Source of the DNA: an uncultured Bacillota bacterium
GTDB taxonomy: Bacteria; Bacillota; Clostridia; Christensenellales; UBA1242
Assembly: GCA_949289785.1 (NCBI GenBank)
Contig: CASEOW010000035.1
Span: 13,851-77,850, forward strand
Reading direction: 5' to 3'
Length of the DNA: 64,000 bases
Shown: positions 37,156 through 47,595 of the stretch, piece after piece
How positions within the stretch are numbered: the first letter of the stretch is position 1
Layout: the number at the start of each line of letters is the position of its first letter
Position numbers and translations under genes: made by a program
Notes under the pieces: model-generated
Databases searched by the model: none
What the model saw: the letters and a program-made list of their open reading frames with translations, nothing else
What the model was told of the DNA's origin: nothing

Positions 37156-38385
37156 TTAGAATATATTGGCACTGCACATTACAAGTCCAATTATGATAAA
37201 ATATACAAATGCTACACCAATAATTAAAGCTATTAAAAGTTGCATATTTTTTGAAATAGAAGATATAAAATTTGCTATTTGTTTACTTCCTAGTGGTTCA
37301 ACTATAGCAGACACTAATTTAAGTGCTAACATGAAAATTATAAGTTGTAAAAGCGGAGTTATAATACTGGCTAATATTAAAAATAAACCACTTGCACCTA
37401 CAGCGTTTTTAATTAAATTTGATGAAGCTAATATTACACTCATTCCATCACTAATATAAGAACCTAAAATAGGAACATAGGACTTTATAGCATATTTAGC
37501 AGTTTTAATTGAAATACCGTCTATTGAACCAGCAGTAATTCCTTGAATAGATAGAAAAGCCGTAAATATTGTAAATATTAACCCTGTTATCCATTTAAAA
37601 AAACTATTAAAAAATGATGTAAATTTATCTAGTTTTATTGTATTTGATAAATTAGACACTACACTAAAGACTACTGAAAATATGAAAATTGGAAGAAGAA
37701 TATAAGTGAAAATATTAATAATAATACTGGATAAAAGTGCCATTGCTGGTTGATAAACACCTACTGAAACGGTTCCGCCTATAGCAGTTAATAATGTCAA
37801 TAATAACGGAAATATTGCATCCATTTGGTTTTTAAGATTAAAAAGAGTATTGGTTGTTGTTGTAATCATTTTTATTGTCATAGATAAAACTAATACAACT
37901 ATAACTCCATAAGTTACGAAATGTATCAAATTCGATATACTTTTTTCGTTGTTTGAAGGTTTTAATCCTTGCATTAAATTTGCTAGCAATGAAACTGCTA
38001 TTATAATTGAGATAAAAGGTAATATATTTAGAATATTATCAAAAAGAATTTCAATAATGTTAAGCCAAAGATTTTCTGAAGAACCTAAATTACCACTCAA
38101 CAAATCTTTAACTTTTTCAATAAAACTTTCATTTCCAAATAAATCCAATTCCCCACTTGTTAATGCATTTAGTAAATCTTCTAATGAAGAAAAATCAAGA
38201 TAATCTAATTGGTGGTCTATTTCATCGGAAATTTCTTGCTGAATTTCATCATTGTTTTTTATTTCTTCAGCTTTAGCAATATTTTGAAAACTAGGATAAA
38301 ATATTGTTATGAAAAACATACAAATTACAACTATAAAAAAATGTTTATTTTTAATTTTTTTTGAATATGATTTATAATTTTTCAT
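37156..38385 (-). CDS. spoIIIAE: Stage III sporulation protein AE
   Basis: ~400-aa polytopic membrane protein with a signal peptide. Assigned by operon position. Confidence 0.85.
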   Translation of the reverse strand: MKNYKSYSKKIKNKHFFIVVICMFFITIFYPSFQNIAKAEEIKNNDEIQQEISDEIDHQLDYLDFSSLEDLLNALTSGELDLFGNESFIEKVKDLLSGNLGSSENLWLNIIEILFDNILNILPFISIIIAVSLLANLMQGLKPSNNEKSISNLIHFVTYGVIVVLVLSMTIKMITTTTNTLFNLKNQMDAIFPLLLTLLTAIGGTVSVGVYQPAMALLSSIIINIFTYILLPIFIFSVVFSVVSNLSNTIKLDKFTSFFNSFFKWITGLIFTIFTAFLSIQGITAGSIDGISIKTAKYAIKSYVPILGSYISDGMSVILASSNLIKNAVGASGLFLILASIITPLLQLIIFMLALKLVSAIVEPLGSKQIANFISSISKNMQLLIALIIGVAFVYFIIIGLVMCSANIF

Positions 38386-38771
38386 GGCAACAACTCCATG
38401 ATTATATTAAGAATACTGGTTATTATTGGCAAAGCCATAACCATTATAACAATTTTTCCTCCTAGTAAAACTTTATCCCCTAAACTTGAATTTCCAGTAT
38501 CAGAACATATACTTGCTGTGAATTCTACTAAGTAACCTATACCGATTATTTTTAATAAGATAGTATATAAACTAGAATTAATTCCACTGATACCTATTAT
38601 ATTTTTTATTACATTGAAAACATCGGTAAGGTAATTAATGATTAAAAAAACAATTATTAACCCACCGACAATTCCAATTATAATAGCAAAATCTGCTTTT
38701 ATAGGTTTAATTATTAAAGTTGCAAAACAACTTATAAGCCCTATAGCAATAATTTTAAAAATGATATCCAT
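38382..38771 (-). CDS. spoIIIAD: Stage III sporulation protein AD
   Basis: 129-aa 4-TM protein whose N-terminus MDIIFKIIAIGLI is paralogous to AC. Confidence 0.8.
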   Translation of the reverse strand: MDIIFKIIAIGLISCFATLIIKPIKADFAIIIGIVGGLIIVFLIINYLTDVFNVIKNIIGISGINSSLYTILLKIIGIGYLVEFTASICSDTGNSSLGDKVLLGGKIVIMVMALPIITSILNIIMELLP

Positions 38772-38782
38772 TATACCTCATA

Positions 38783-38977
38783 CTAAAAATTAAACAATGT
38801 TTTCAAACTGCTAAATAAATCTCCTATTAAATTTAATACCATTAAAAGTACAATTATTAATCCTGCCAAAGTAGCAAGTGTAGAGATTTCATCTTTTCCT
38901 GTTTGTTTAAGGACTTGTCCAATTATTGCAGTAAGAATGCCTATAGCTGCAATTTTGAAAATGATATCTACATCCAT
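38783..38977 (-). CDS. spoIIIAC: Stage III sporulation protein AC
   Basis: 64-aa 2-TM protein, MDVDIIFKIAAIGILTAI... Confidence 0.8.
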   Translation of the reverse strand: MDVDIIFKIAAIGILTAIIGQVLKQTGKDEISTLATLAGLIIVLLMVLNLIGDLFSSLKTLFNF

Positions 38978-38992
38978 AATACCTCTCTTTTT

Positions 38993-39487
38993 TTATATAA
39001 ACAAAACCACTAACATCAGCCCCGAAATAATTCCTAATTTGATTGATAGTGAACCATATTTTTTTTGTTCTAATGATGAAGTTTGTGAAAAACTTTCAAA
39101 TCTTGTTTGAAAATTTTTTATTTCTTTAGATTGACTTTCAACATCACTTCTGCCTAAAGTCCTAAAAAAATTATAAATCAAATCTTTTTCATCATCTTTT
39201 ATAAAATTAATGTTTTTAAATAAAGATTCTTTATCTAATGGTGTCTCTTTATCTAAAAAAGATATGAAATTTTTATCAATTCCTTTTAAATCTCTTTTGT
39301 AATTTTCATCTATAGCTTCAAAAATAGATTTCATTTTTTGTCTGGAATAATTAATTTCAATATCAAATTTTTGACAAAGATATATTAATGCTTTAAAAAA
39401 ATTATCTCTTATTTTATATTTTCTAGAAAATAAATATCCTATATAAATACAAACACATAGTAATAAAATTAATAAAAAATATTTCAT
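38993..39487 (-). CDS. spoIIIAB: Stage III sporulation protein AB
   Basis: 164 aa with N- and C-terminal TM helices flanking a helical cytoplasmic domain. Assigned by operon position. Confidence 0.72.
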   Translation of the reverse strand: MKYFLLILLLCVCIYIGYLFSRKYKIRDNFFKALIYLCQKFDIEINYSRQKMKSIFEAIDENYKRDLKGIDKNFISFLDKETPLDKESLFKNINFIKDDEKDLIYNFFRTLGRSDVESQSKEIKNFQTRFESFSQTSSLEQKKYGSLSIKLGIISGLMLVVLFI

Positions 39488-39498
39488 AAAATCTCCTT

Positions 39499-40404
39499 TT
39501 AAGAAAGAACTCTAGAAAAGTGTTCGTTATAAATTCCTTCTATTGTTCCGGGACCATTTCTCATTGATAAAAGAACATATCTTTGAAATACTTTGTCTAA
39601 AATTAAAGGTTTAAAAAACGGCTTTTTATTGAGATTTTCTATACTATCACTATGAATAGAAGCTAAGATTTTTACACCACTATTGACAGCATATAAAACT
39701 GCGTCTATGTCTTCTTTTTGACCAAGTTCGTCAGTAACAATAATGTTTGGACTTAAAGCGCGTATTCCATTTTCAAATCCTACAGATTTTTTTGCAAAAG
39801 ATATTTTATCACTAAAATTTCCTAAACAACCATCTTCTCCAATATCTAACTCCCCCCTTTCGTCAAGAACTAAAATATTATAAGCATAGTTTCTTTCAGA
39901 TAGTTGATAAATAAAATCTCGCAAAAAAGTTGTTTTTCCTGCTCCTGGTGGAGAAACAACTAAAGTGTTATAGATGCTATTAGTATTCACTATAAAATCA
40001 AAAGCTGATAAAGAACAGTTTTTAATTTCATGTGGTAATCTAATATTAACGCTTGAATAATTAGTCATAGTCTTTATTAAGCCATTTTCTTCAATCAAAT
40101 CACCTCCTAGTCCAAGCCTTATACCACCCTCAGTAATTATAAAACCTTTTTTTATTTGTTCATTTACAGAATATAAAGAACATTCACTTGCTCTAAAAAT
40201 AATATCTTCTATCATGATTTTGCTAGAAATTAATGCATCTTTTAGATTTGCAGTAATTCCATTATTTCCAAGAAAAATTCTTCTACTTCCTATTTGCAAA
40301 ACAATAGGTTTGTTTGCTCGAAGTCTAATTTCATTAATTGAGTTAAAATTAACTTTATATTTAAGTATATTATAAATATCATTTGGCAAAATTTTTTCTA
40401 ACAT
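39499..40404 (-). CDS. spoIIIAA: Stage III sporulation protein AA (secretion-type ATPase)
   Basis: Walker A SPPGAGKTT and Walker B LVLDERGE...VTDE. It is the first gene of the operon. Confidence 0.9.
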   Translation of the reverse strand: MLEKILPNDIYNILKYKVNFNSINEIRLRANKPIVLQIGSRRIFLGNNGITANLKDALISSKIMIEDIIFRASECSLYSVNEQIKKGFIITEGGIRLGLGGDLIEENGLIKTMTNYSSVNIRLPHEIKNCSLSAFDFIVNTNSIYNTLVVSPPGAGKTTFLRDFIYQLSERNYAYNILVLDERGELDIGEDGCLGNFSDKISFAKKSVGFENGIRALSPNIIVTDELGQKEDIDAVLYAVNSGVKILASIHSDSIENLNKKPFFKPLILDKVFQRYVLLSMRNGPGTIEGIYNEHFSRVLS

Positions 40405-40491
40405 AAATTTATCCTTTGCAATAATCTATGTGTTTCAATTTTTATAATTTCAGATTTGACAACATAAGCTAAAAAATGACTTTTTATTTAT

Positions 40492-40518
40492 AAAAAAACA
40501 CTCGCATTTTGAGTGTTT
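40492..40518 (-). terminator. Intrinsic terminator after efp
   Basis: On the - strand, AAACACTC-AAAATGC-GAGTGTTT followed by T7. Confidence 0.8.
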
Positions 40519-40582
40519 ATAACTATATCAAATTTAAAAATAAGTTTAAATATAAAAAATAAAATAAAATAAAAAAGAGTGA

Positions 40583-41143
40583 TTATTTCACTCTTTCCAT
40601 ATAACTTCCATCTCTAGTATCAATTCTGATTTTATCACCTACATTGATAAATAATGGAACATTCAAAACATATCCTGTTTCAACTTTAGCAGGTTTATTT
40701 GAAGATTTAGCTGTATCACCTTGAACTCCTGGTTCGCAATCTACAACTTCAAGTTCAACAAAAGTTGGAGGATAAACTGAGAATGGATTTCCTTTGTAGA
40801 AATACATTGTGCAATTTTCATTTTCCTTTACAAAATTCAAAGCGTCTTCAACACTATCTCTATTTAATGGAATTTGATCATAAGTTTCAGTATCCATAAA
40901 ATAGTAAATTTCTCCATCATTGTAAAGATAAGTCATTTCTTTCTTTTCAATTATTGCAATTGGGAATTTATCAGATGGATTAAAAGTTGTTTCTTTTACT
41001 TGACCAGTCATAACATTTTTTAATTTAGCTCTTACAAAAGGAGAGCCTTTTCCTGGTTTAACATGTAAAAAATCAACTACTGAATAAACTGCACCATCCA
41101 TTTCAAAAGTAGTTCCTTTTCTAAAATCTCCTGCAAATACCAT
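40583..41143 (-). CDS. efp: Elongation factor P
   Basis: [37 protein letters not shown]. Confidence 0.97.
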   Translation of the reverse strand: MVFAGDFRKGTTFEMDGAVYSVVDFLHVKPGKGSPFVRAKLKNVMTGQVKETTFNPSDKFPIAIIEKKEMTYLYNDGEIYYFMDTETYDQIPLNRDSVEDALNFVKENENCTMYFYKGNPFSVYPPTFVELEVVDCEPGVQGDTAKSSNKPAKVETGYVLNVPLFINVGDKIRIDTRDGSYMERVK

Positions 41144-41327
41144 AACTTTCTCCTTATAATTGTTTATTTTTTGTAGTTTTATGTAAACATTATTAAATTT
41201 AACTTTTGAAATATTTGATTTATAAATTATAATAACAATTAAAATAATTTTTTTAAAAATAGATATAAGTTAAAAAGAATTTATTAATTACATAAATACT
41301 AAAATCTATAATATTTTAACATACATA

Positions 41328-42191
41328 TTAGTTTTTGTCTAGTATTTTTTTATAGATTTTTTTCATTATTAAAGCATCATGAGGCATTTTCGTTGCAGAC
41401 TCACAAATAATTCTAGGTGATAAATTATAGTCAATTAATACTTCGGCAAGATTATCAAATTCGGGTCCAAAAATAGTATCATCATAATTTAAATGTTTAA
41501 TTTCTCCTTTTGGTCCAAATTGTATTTTGGAAAAATGAATATGACAATTGTTAGTCTTATCAAACCCTAAATTTTCAATTGAATAATCAAATATTTTTTT
41601 AAAATCATCTTTTGATTTTAAATTTCCTTGTAATAAAGAATTAATATGACCAAAATCAAAAGTAGGAACTAAAATTTTACTTGTCTTACATAAATCAATA
41701 ACTTCTTGATATGTTCCTATTTGCATAGTTTTGCCCATAGTTTCTGGACATAAATATTGATTATCCTTTAAAAGATTTTCATTTTCTATACTTGAAAAGA
41801 AATCTAAAAATCTGTCTTTAGTAAGTTTTAACGCTTCATCTCTTGTTAATTTACCACAAGATGCTGAATGAAAAACTAAGTGATCAGCTTCAAAAGCATT
41901 TAAAAATTTTATACCAGTATAAATGTATCCTTTTGTTTTATTATACATTTCTTCGTCAGGATTAGCAAAATTGATATAAAATGGTGCATGTAGTGATACT
42001 TTTATATTTGCTTCTTTAAATAATTGACCGGCAGTTTTAGCAGTTTCACTACTCATTTGATATCCATGCCCAAAAGAATATTCATAAGCATCAAGACCTT
42101 TGTTTTTTATCCAATTAGGAACTTCTAATATAGATTTATGTCCTTCTTGATAAAATTCATCACTACAACCCGATGGACCAAATAAAACCAT
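41328..42191 (-). CDS. Xylose-isomerase-like TIM-barrel protein, AP endonuclease family 2 (Nfo-like)
   Basis: VSLHAPFYINFANPD, LVFHSAS, CPETMGK, FDFGHIN, HIHFS and ICES resemble the metal-ligand pattern of endonuclease IV-type proteins. The exact activity is uncertain. Confidence 0.6.
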   Translation of the reverse strand: MVLFGPSGCSDEFYQEGHKSILEVPNWIKNKGLDAYEYSFGHGYQMSSETAKTAGQLFKEANIKVSLHAPFYINFANPDEEMYNKTKGYIYTGIKFLNAFEADHLVFHSASCGKLTRDEALKLTKDRFLDFFSSIENENLLKDNQYLCPETMGKTMQIGTYQEVIDLCKTSKILVPTFDFGHINSLLQGNLKSKDDFKKIFDYSIENLGFDKTNNCHIHFSKIQFGPKGEIKHLNYDDTIFGPEFDNLAEVLIDYNLSPRIICESATKMPHDALIMKKIYKKILDKN

Positions 42192-42243
42192 AATTCTCCT
42201 TAATAAAATAGTTTAATTAATTTAGAAACTAAATTTTTTTAAA

Positions 42244-43089
42244 TTAAATTAATCTTAAAGATAATTTTAAATATCCATTTTCAATTATCCCTATGCCTAA
42301 AAATTGATTTAAACTATTATATATTCTATATTTATTTTCGCTTTTTTCGACTTTTATTTTTTGCCCATTTAATAATTTATCATCTTCATTTATATTTAAT
42401 TTGTCGTAATTAAATAAATTATCTAAAGAGATAATTTTAAAATTTCCATTTTTTACATCTTGAATAGAAAAACTATCTTTTAAATCGAAATCTCCACATC
42501 TTGTGCGTAATATATCTTGCATAATACCATAAGTTCCTAAAGCATTTGCAATATCTCTACATAAAGACCTAATGTATGTTCCACTTGAACAATGAACTTT
42601 TAATAAAAAAGCGTTACTTTCAATTTGTTCAAGAACTTCAATATCAAAAATCTCTATTAGTTTTGGTTTTAATATTACATCTTCTCCGTTTCTGGCAAGT
42701 TCATAAGCTTTTTTTCCTTTAATTTTTTTAGCAGAATAAATAGGTGGAAGTTGTTCCATTTTTCCTATAAATTTTTTACATACTTCAATTAAATCTTTTT
42801 TAGATACTTGAACATCGTTATAGTTTGTAATTACACCTTCTCTATCTAATGTGTCAGATGTAACACCAAATTTAAAAGTAGTTAAGTATATTTTATCTTT
42901 GTTTAGAAAATAATCAAAAAGTTTAGTTCCTTTACCTAATGTAATAGGTAAAAGTCCTCTACCTAAAACATCTAGTGTTCCTAAATGACCCGCTTTGCTT
43001 GCTCCTAAAACATGTTTAACTTTATTAACGACTGAGTTTGAAGATATTCCACTTTCTTTATTAATTAATATAATACCATTGATTTCCAT
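42244..43089 (-). CDS. truB: tRNA pseudouridine(55) synthase TruB
   Basis: GILLINKESGISS...AGHLGTLDVLGRGLLPI (catalytic Asp). Confidence 0.93.
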   Translation of the reverse strand: MEINGIILINKESGISSNSVVNKVKHVLGASKAGHLGTLDVLGRGLLPITLGKGTKLFDYFLNKDKIYLTTFKFGVTSDTLDREGVITNYNDVQVSKKDLIEVCKKFIGKMEQLPPIYSAKKIKGKKAYELARNGEDVILKPKLIEIFDIEVLEQIESNAFLLKVHCSSGTYIRSLCRDIANALGTYGIMQDILRTRCGDFDLKDSFSIQDVKNGNFKIISLDNLFNYDKLNINEDDKLLNGQKIKVEKSENKYRIYNSLNQFLGIGIIENGYLKLSLRLI

Positions 43090-43092
43090 ATT

Positions 43093-44058
43093 CTATCTAT
43101 TATCCTTAATAGCTTTTAACACCATTTCTTTTACATTATCAATATCATTATTAAATATTTTAGCTCCTGAAGCACAAATGTGTCCACCACCGCCTAAAGT
43201 ATTTGCAATTTTTCTAACATCATGCCCTGCTTTTGAACGAAAAGATATTTCAAAATATCCTTCTTTGCTTTCCACAATAGAAAAGCTTATATTGATATTT
43301 TCAAAAGATATTAACTCACTGCTAAAACCACTACAATCGTTTTTATCACCATTTAATATTTCTAATTGTTGTTTATTGATAAGACAGTAAGCTATATCAT
43401 CTTCTTCCTTATAATTAGATAATAAATACTTTTTAAATGCAATTCCTTTTCTTGTTTTAGTTCTATAAAGCTTTTCATTAATATAAGATAAGTTTGCCCC
43501 ATATTCACTTAAATTTTGAGCTACATAAAAAGAAAATGAATTTGTATTTGTATTTACAAAAGAATTAGTATCTGAAGAAAGCCCAGTATATAAAAATGAA
43601 GCGATTTCTTTAGTTATTTTAAAATTACAATATTTTAAAATAATAAAAATCATTTCACAAGATGAACTAAAATCAGTATTTATAAAATTAAAGCTACCTT
43701 TTAAATCAATGTTTTGATGATGGTCTATTATTATCTTATTTTCTTCATTAAAGTTTTTGACAAAATCACCAAAATCACCTAACCTATTTATTGAAGGTGT
43801 ATCTGTCGTGATAACTAAATCAAAATTTAGATTACTTATTGTTTCTTTGCAAATTTCTTTTTCATCAAAAAGTAACTTTTGCTTATACGTTAATTCATCA
43901 GTTACAAATAGTTGAACTTTTTTACCTTGATTTCTTAATGCATAAAGCAAAGCGTAAGTTGAACCTAAAGCATCAAAATCAGGATTTAAATGTGTAAATA
44001 AAGCTACATTATTAGATTTTTTAATTTTATTTTTTATTTGTTTAAATAATTTATTCAT
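43093..44058 (-). CDS. DHH/DHHA1-family phosphoesterase (NrnA-like nanoRNase/pAp phosphatase)
   Basis: HLNPDFDALGS, IIIDHHQN and GGGGHICASGA motifs. It sits between rbfA and truB as in many Clostridia. Confidence 0.85.
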   Translation of the reverse strand: MNKLFKQIKNKIKKSNNVALFTHLNPDFDALGSTYALLYALRNQGKKVQLFVTDELTYKQKLLFDEKEICKETISNLNFDLVITTDTPSINRLGDFGDFVKNFNEENKIIIDHHQNIDLKGSFNFINTDFSSSCEMIFIILKYCNFKITKEIASFLYTGLSSDTNSFVNTNTNSFSFYVAQNLSEYGANLSYINEKLYRTKTRKGIAFKKYLLSNYKEEDDIAYCLINKQQLEILNGDKNDCSGFSSELISFENINISFSIVESKEGYFEISFRSKAGHDVRKIANTLGGGGHICASGAKIFNNDIDNVKEMVLKAIKDNR

Positions 44059-44419
44059 CTATATCCTCATCTTTTGGAATATTTAAATTTTTCAATATTT
44101 CATTAATTCTAACAGTTGCATTAGTTCCTTTATCTATTTCAAAATGCAATTTAGGAACACTAGGCATCTTTACTAATATTGCAAGTTCGCGTTTAATAAA
44201 TCCCTCAGCATCTTGTAAAATTTTTATATTTTTTTCTAATTCTTCTGAATTTTCACTATCTAATGCTATTTTAATTTTACAATGTTTAAAATCCTTTGTA
44301 ATATTAACTTCACTCACGTAAAGCAAAGGATTTAAATGAGGATTGTTCATTTTAGTTTGTATTATAAGTGATAAACATCTTTGAATTTCACTATTTGCTC
44401 TTTCAAATCTTAATGACAT
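44051..44419 (-). CDS. rbfA: Ribosome-binding factor A
   Basis: RFERANSEIQRCLSLII...VSEVNITKDFKHCKI. Confidence 0.9.
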   Translation of the reverse strand: MSLRFERANSEIQRCLSLIIQTKMNNPHLNPLLYVSEVNITKDFKHCKIKIALDSENSEELEKNIKILQDAEGFIKRELAILVKMPSVPKLHFEIDKGTNATVRINEILKNLNIPKDEDIDE

Positions 44420-44482
44420 AATAAATTTCTCCTTTTATAATACTTATAATTTACGATAATAAAATTTATATAATAATTAAAT

Positions 44483-44506
44483 AAAGGAAAGTTAATACTT
44501 TCCTTT
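44483..44506 (-). terminator. Hairpin between infB and rbfA (possible partial terminator or processing site)
   Basis: AAAGGAAAGT-TAAT-ACTTTCCTTT. The downstream sequence is only moderately T-rich on the - strand. Confidence 0.45.
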
Positions 44507-44543
44507 ATATTATACAATATTTGAATTTTAAATCAAAATAAAT

Positions 44544-47024
44544 TTATCTTTTAACAACTTCTTTTGAATAGAATTCTATTGTATCTCCTTCTTTAAAATC
44601 AATATTATCTCTAAGTTTAATACCGCATTCAAAACCTTTTACAACTTCAGATTTTTCATCTTTTACTATTTTTAAAGATTCAATGCTACTCTGTCCTATT
44701 TCTTCACCATTGCGTTTTACATATGCTATAGCATTTCTAGTAGCTTTACCTTCTTTTATATAACATCCAGCAACTTTTCCGGCACTAGACAATTTAAATA
44801 CCATTCTAATTTCTGCATAACCAATATAAACTTCTTCATATTTAATGCTTAACATTCCATTAATAGCATTTGTGATATCATCTACAACTTCATAAATAAT
44901 TTTATATTCTTTAATTTCTACTTTTGTCTTTTCAGCTAATATTTTGGCTTTAGCTACAGGTTTTTGATTAAAACAAATTATAATAGAATCTGTTGTTTTA
45001 GCAAGGTCTACATCACTTTCAGTAACAGCACCTGCTCCACTATGAACGATATTTACTTTAGCCTCTTCATTTTTAATGCCAATAAGAACATTTTTTAATG
45101 CTTCAACAGAACCCATTGTGTCAGCTTTGATTATAATATTTAAGTTTTTAAGTGAACCTTCTTGTACCCTATTCATAAATGTATCTAAAGTTACACCAGA
45201 AGATTGAGTTGCTCTTTGTTTCTTAATATTAGTTATTCTTTCTTGAATTACTTGTTTTGAAAGTGATTCAGCAACAGCATAAACTTGGTCTCCTGCACTT
45301 GGTACATCATTTAAACCTAAAATTTCAACAGGAGTAGATGGAGGAGCGAATTTGACAGGTTTTCCTTTATCGTTAAACATTGCTCTTACTTTTCCATAAG
45401 TCAAGCCTGACATGATAGAATCGCCAACATGTAAAGTGCCATTTTGCACTATTATAGAAGCGACAGCTCCACGATTTTTATCAAGTTCAGCTTCAATAAC
45501 AACTCCAGTAGCCATTTTATCATTATTTGCTTTTAAATCAAGCATTTCGCTAACTAATAATATAGCTTGTTTCAAATCGTCTAATCCTGTTCCTTTTTTT
45601 GCAGATATAGGAACGCATATAGCATCTCCACCCCATTCTTCAGGTAATACATTATGTTCTGCTAATTGTTGCTTAATTCTATCTGGATTAGCTTCTGGTT
45701 TATCCATTTTGTTTATAGCTACAATAATAGGAACATTTGCAGCTTTAATATGGTTTATCGCTTCAATAGTTTGTGGCATTACACCATCATCTGCAGCAAC
45801 AATTAAAATTGCTATATCAGTAGCTTTAGCTCCTCTAGCTCTCATTTGTGTAAATGCTGCATGTCCAGGAGTATCAATAAATGTTATTTTTTCACCATTA
45901 AATTCTATTTGATAAGCACCTATGCTTTGAGTGATACCACCTGCTTCTCCAGCAACAACATTAGTTTTTCTAAATGCATCAAGAAGAGAAGTTTTACCAT
46001 GGTCTACATGTCCCATAACAGCAACTATAGGAGGTCTTTTTGTAAGTTTACTTGCATCATCTTCTTCATTAGCAGATTCAAGTAATTTTTCTTCAAATGA
46101 TTTATCTAATTTTAATTCAAGAGTAATACCAAAGTCACTTGCAACAAGTTCTGCAGTTTCAAAATCTATATTTGAATTTATTGTAGCCATAATTCCAAGA
46201 AGCATTAGTTTTTTAACAATTTCTGTAACTGGTTTTCCAATCTTTTCACTAAAATCTTTGACAGTAATTTCTTTTGCAGTAATTGTTGCATGAGTTATAG
46301 TTATAATATTTTTTTCAACTACTTCTTTTTTCTTTTTTACACTTTTTTTGGATCCAAAAGAAATTTCTTCATATCCATTTTCATCTTCTATGAATATATT
46401 ATTTTTTCTTTGTTCATCTCTTTTTTTACCTTGAGATTTTCTTTCATCATTATTATTAGAATGTTTTTGAGCAAACTTAGCTTTATTGGCAAAACTTTTT
46501 TCAGACTTAAAATCTATTTCAGGCAAATCGTTTGAAACAAATGATTTAAAACTATTAGCTTTTGAAGATATAAAATTAGTTCCTGGCTTTTTATTAAATT
46601 GATTGTTATTTTTATTTTGATTAAATTTATTAAAATCTTTTTTATCCTTATTGAAACCAGTACGATTTTTATCAAAAGGTTTATTAAAATTATTCTGTCT
46701 GTTATAACCGTTTCCTGAAGTATTTTTTTGATTATAAATATTTCCGGCAGATTGTTTGTCGTTAAAAGTTTTCTTATTATCAAAACTTTCATTTTTTTTA
46801 ATTTCAACAGTTTTTGGATTTTCGTTTTTTATAATATTTTCAGGTTCTTTAACTGTTGTTTCTATCTTTTTATTTTGTAACTCTTTTTTCTGTTGTATAA
46901 TTTGATTAGAAAAAACATCAACTTTTGATTTTGAAATTTTGATTTCTTTTAAAAGTTGTGATATTTCACCTAATTTTTGTAAATCATGTATCTTTTTTAA
47001 ATTCTGTAAAGTTTGATTTGCCAA
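44544..47024 (-). CDS. infB: Translation initiation factor IF-2
   Basis: Asn/Lys-rich N-terminal region followed by a GTPase domain (GHVDHGKTSLLD, DTPGH, NKMD) and C-terminal domains. Confidence 0.97.
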   Translation of the reverse strand: MANQTLQNLKKIHDLQKLGEISQLLKEIKISKSKVDVFSNQIIQQKKELQNKKIETTVKEPENIIKNENPKTVEIKKNESFDNKKTFNDKQSAGNIYNQKNTSGNGYNRQNNFNKPFDKNRTGFNKDKKDFNKFNQNKNNNQFNKKPGTNFISSKANSFKSFVSNDLPEIDFKSEKSFANKAKFAQKHSNNNDERKSQGKKRDEQRKNNIFIEDENGYEEISFGSKKSVKKKKEVVEKNIITITHATITAKEITVKDFSEKIGKPVTEIVKKLMLLGIMATINSNIDFETAELVASDFGITLELKLDKSFEEKLLESANEEDDASKLTKRPPIVAVMGHVDHGKTSLLDAFRKTNVVAGEAGGITQSIGAYQIEFNGEKITFIDTPGHAAFTQMRARGAKATDIAILIVAADDGVMPQTIEAINHIKAANVPIIVAINKMDKPEANPDRIKQQLAEHNVLPEEWGGDAICVPISAKKGTGLDDLKQAILLVSEMLDLKANNDKMATGVVIEAELDKNRGAVASIIVQNGTLHVGDSIMSGLTYGKVRAMFNDKGKPVKFAPPSTPVEILGLNDVPSAGDQVYAVAESLSKQVIQERITNIKKQRATQSSGVTLDTFMNRVQEGSLKNLNIIIKADTMGSVEALKNVLIGIKNEEAKVNIVHSGAGAVTESDVDLAKTTDSIIICFNQKPVAKAKILAEKTKVEIKEYKIIYEVVDDITNAINGMLSIKYEEVYIGYAEIRMVFKLSSAGKVAGCYIKEGKATRNAIAYVKRNGEEIGQSSIESLKIVKDEKSEVVKGFECGIKLRDNIDFKEGDTIEFYSKEVVKR

Positions 47025-47036
47025 GTTTTGCTCCTT

Positions 47037-47333
47037 TTATTCTACTATTATATTATATATAATATCACTTAAATTCTTATTTTTCAAGGCTATTATTTTA
47101 CAATTATTTATTTTTATATATTCATTTAAATTTTTTAATTCAAGTGTTCTAATATTATTGTTTACTAGATTGTTAATTATTTTACAAGTATTTTTTTTTA
47201 TGTCATCATCATATAAAACAAGATAAATTTTACGATTATGTTGTAAAGCTTTTGAAATATTTTCGCCCCCTACAATTACATAACCTGCTTTTATAGCTAT
47301 GTTTAAATAGCCTAAAAGTTTATTTTTGTCCAA
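47037..47333 (-). CDS. L7Ae-family RNA-binding protein YlxQ-like
   Basis: LLGYLNIAIKAGYVIVGGENISKAL, positioned between ylxR and infB. Confidence 0.75.
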   Translation of the reverse strand: MDKNKLLGYLNIAIKAGYVIVGGENISKALQHNRKIYLVLYDDDIKKNTCKIINNLVNNNIRTLELKNLNEYIKINNCKIIALKNKNLSDIIYNIIVE

Positions 47334-47577
47334 GAATATTCTCCTTTATTTCTTCGTATATTTTTTCATCGATTTGTGTCTTAAAAGTTTTGTTTAAAAT
47401 TTTATTTTTACAGAGTTTATTTAGACACTCTTCATTAGAACAAATATAAGCTCCTCTTCCATTTTTTTTACCTGTTTTGTCATAAAAAATGTTTCCATCT
47501 TTATCCTTAACTATACGATTAAGTTGTTTTTTATCATACATATTTCTACAAATAATACACATTCTTAATCTTTCCAT
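47320..47577 (-). CDS. YlxR-family (DUF448) RNA-binding protein
   Basis: RMCIICRNMYDKKQLNRIV...GRGAYIC. Confidence 0.85.
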   Translation of the reverse strand: MERLRMCIICRNMYDKKQLNRIVKDKDGNIFYDKTGKKNGRGAYICSNEECLNKLCKNKILNKTFKTQIDEKIYEEIKENILGQK

Positions 47578-47595
47578 ATAAATCCTTTTATTTAA

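Noticed and set aside
40405-40470. Sigma-E-type promoter for the spoIIIA operon (CATAGATT as a -10-like element).
   Set aside because: The -10 resembles CATACA-T, but I could not find a convincing -35 (ATA-containing) element at the correct spacing. The evidence is too weak to annotate.
44483-44506. Strong hairpin between infB and rbfA as evidence that the nusA-infB-rbfA operon is interrupted.
   Set aside because: The downstream U-tract is poor, and such inter-cistronic hairpins are common processing or partial-termination sites in this operon. It is annotated at low confidence only.
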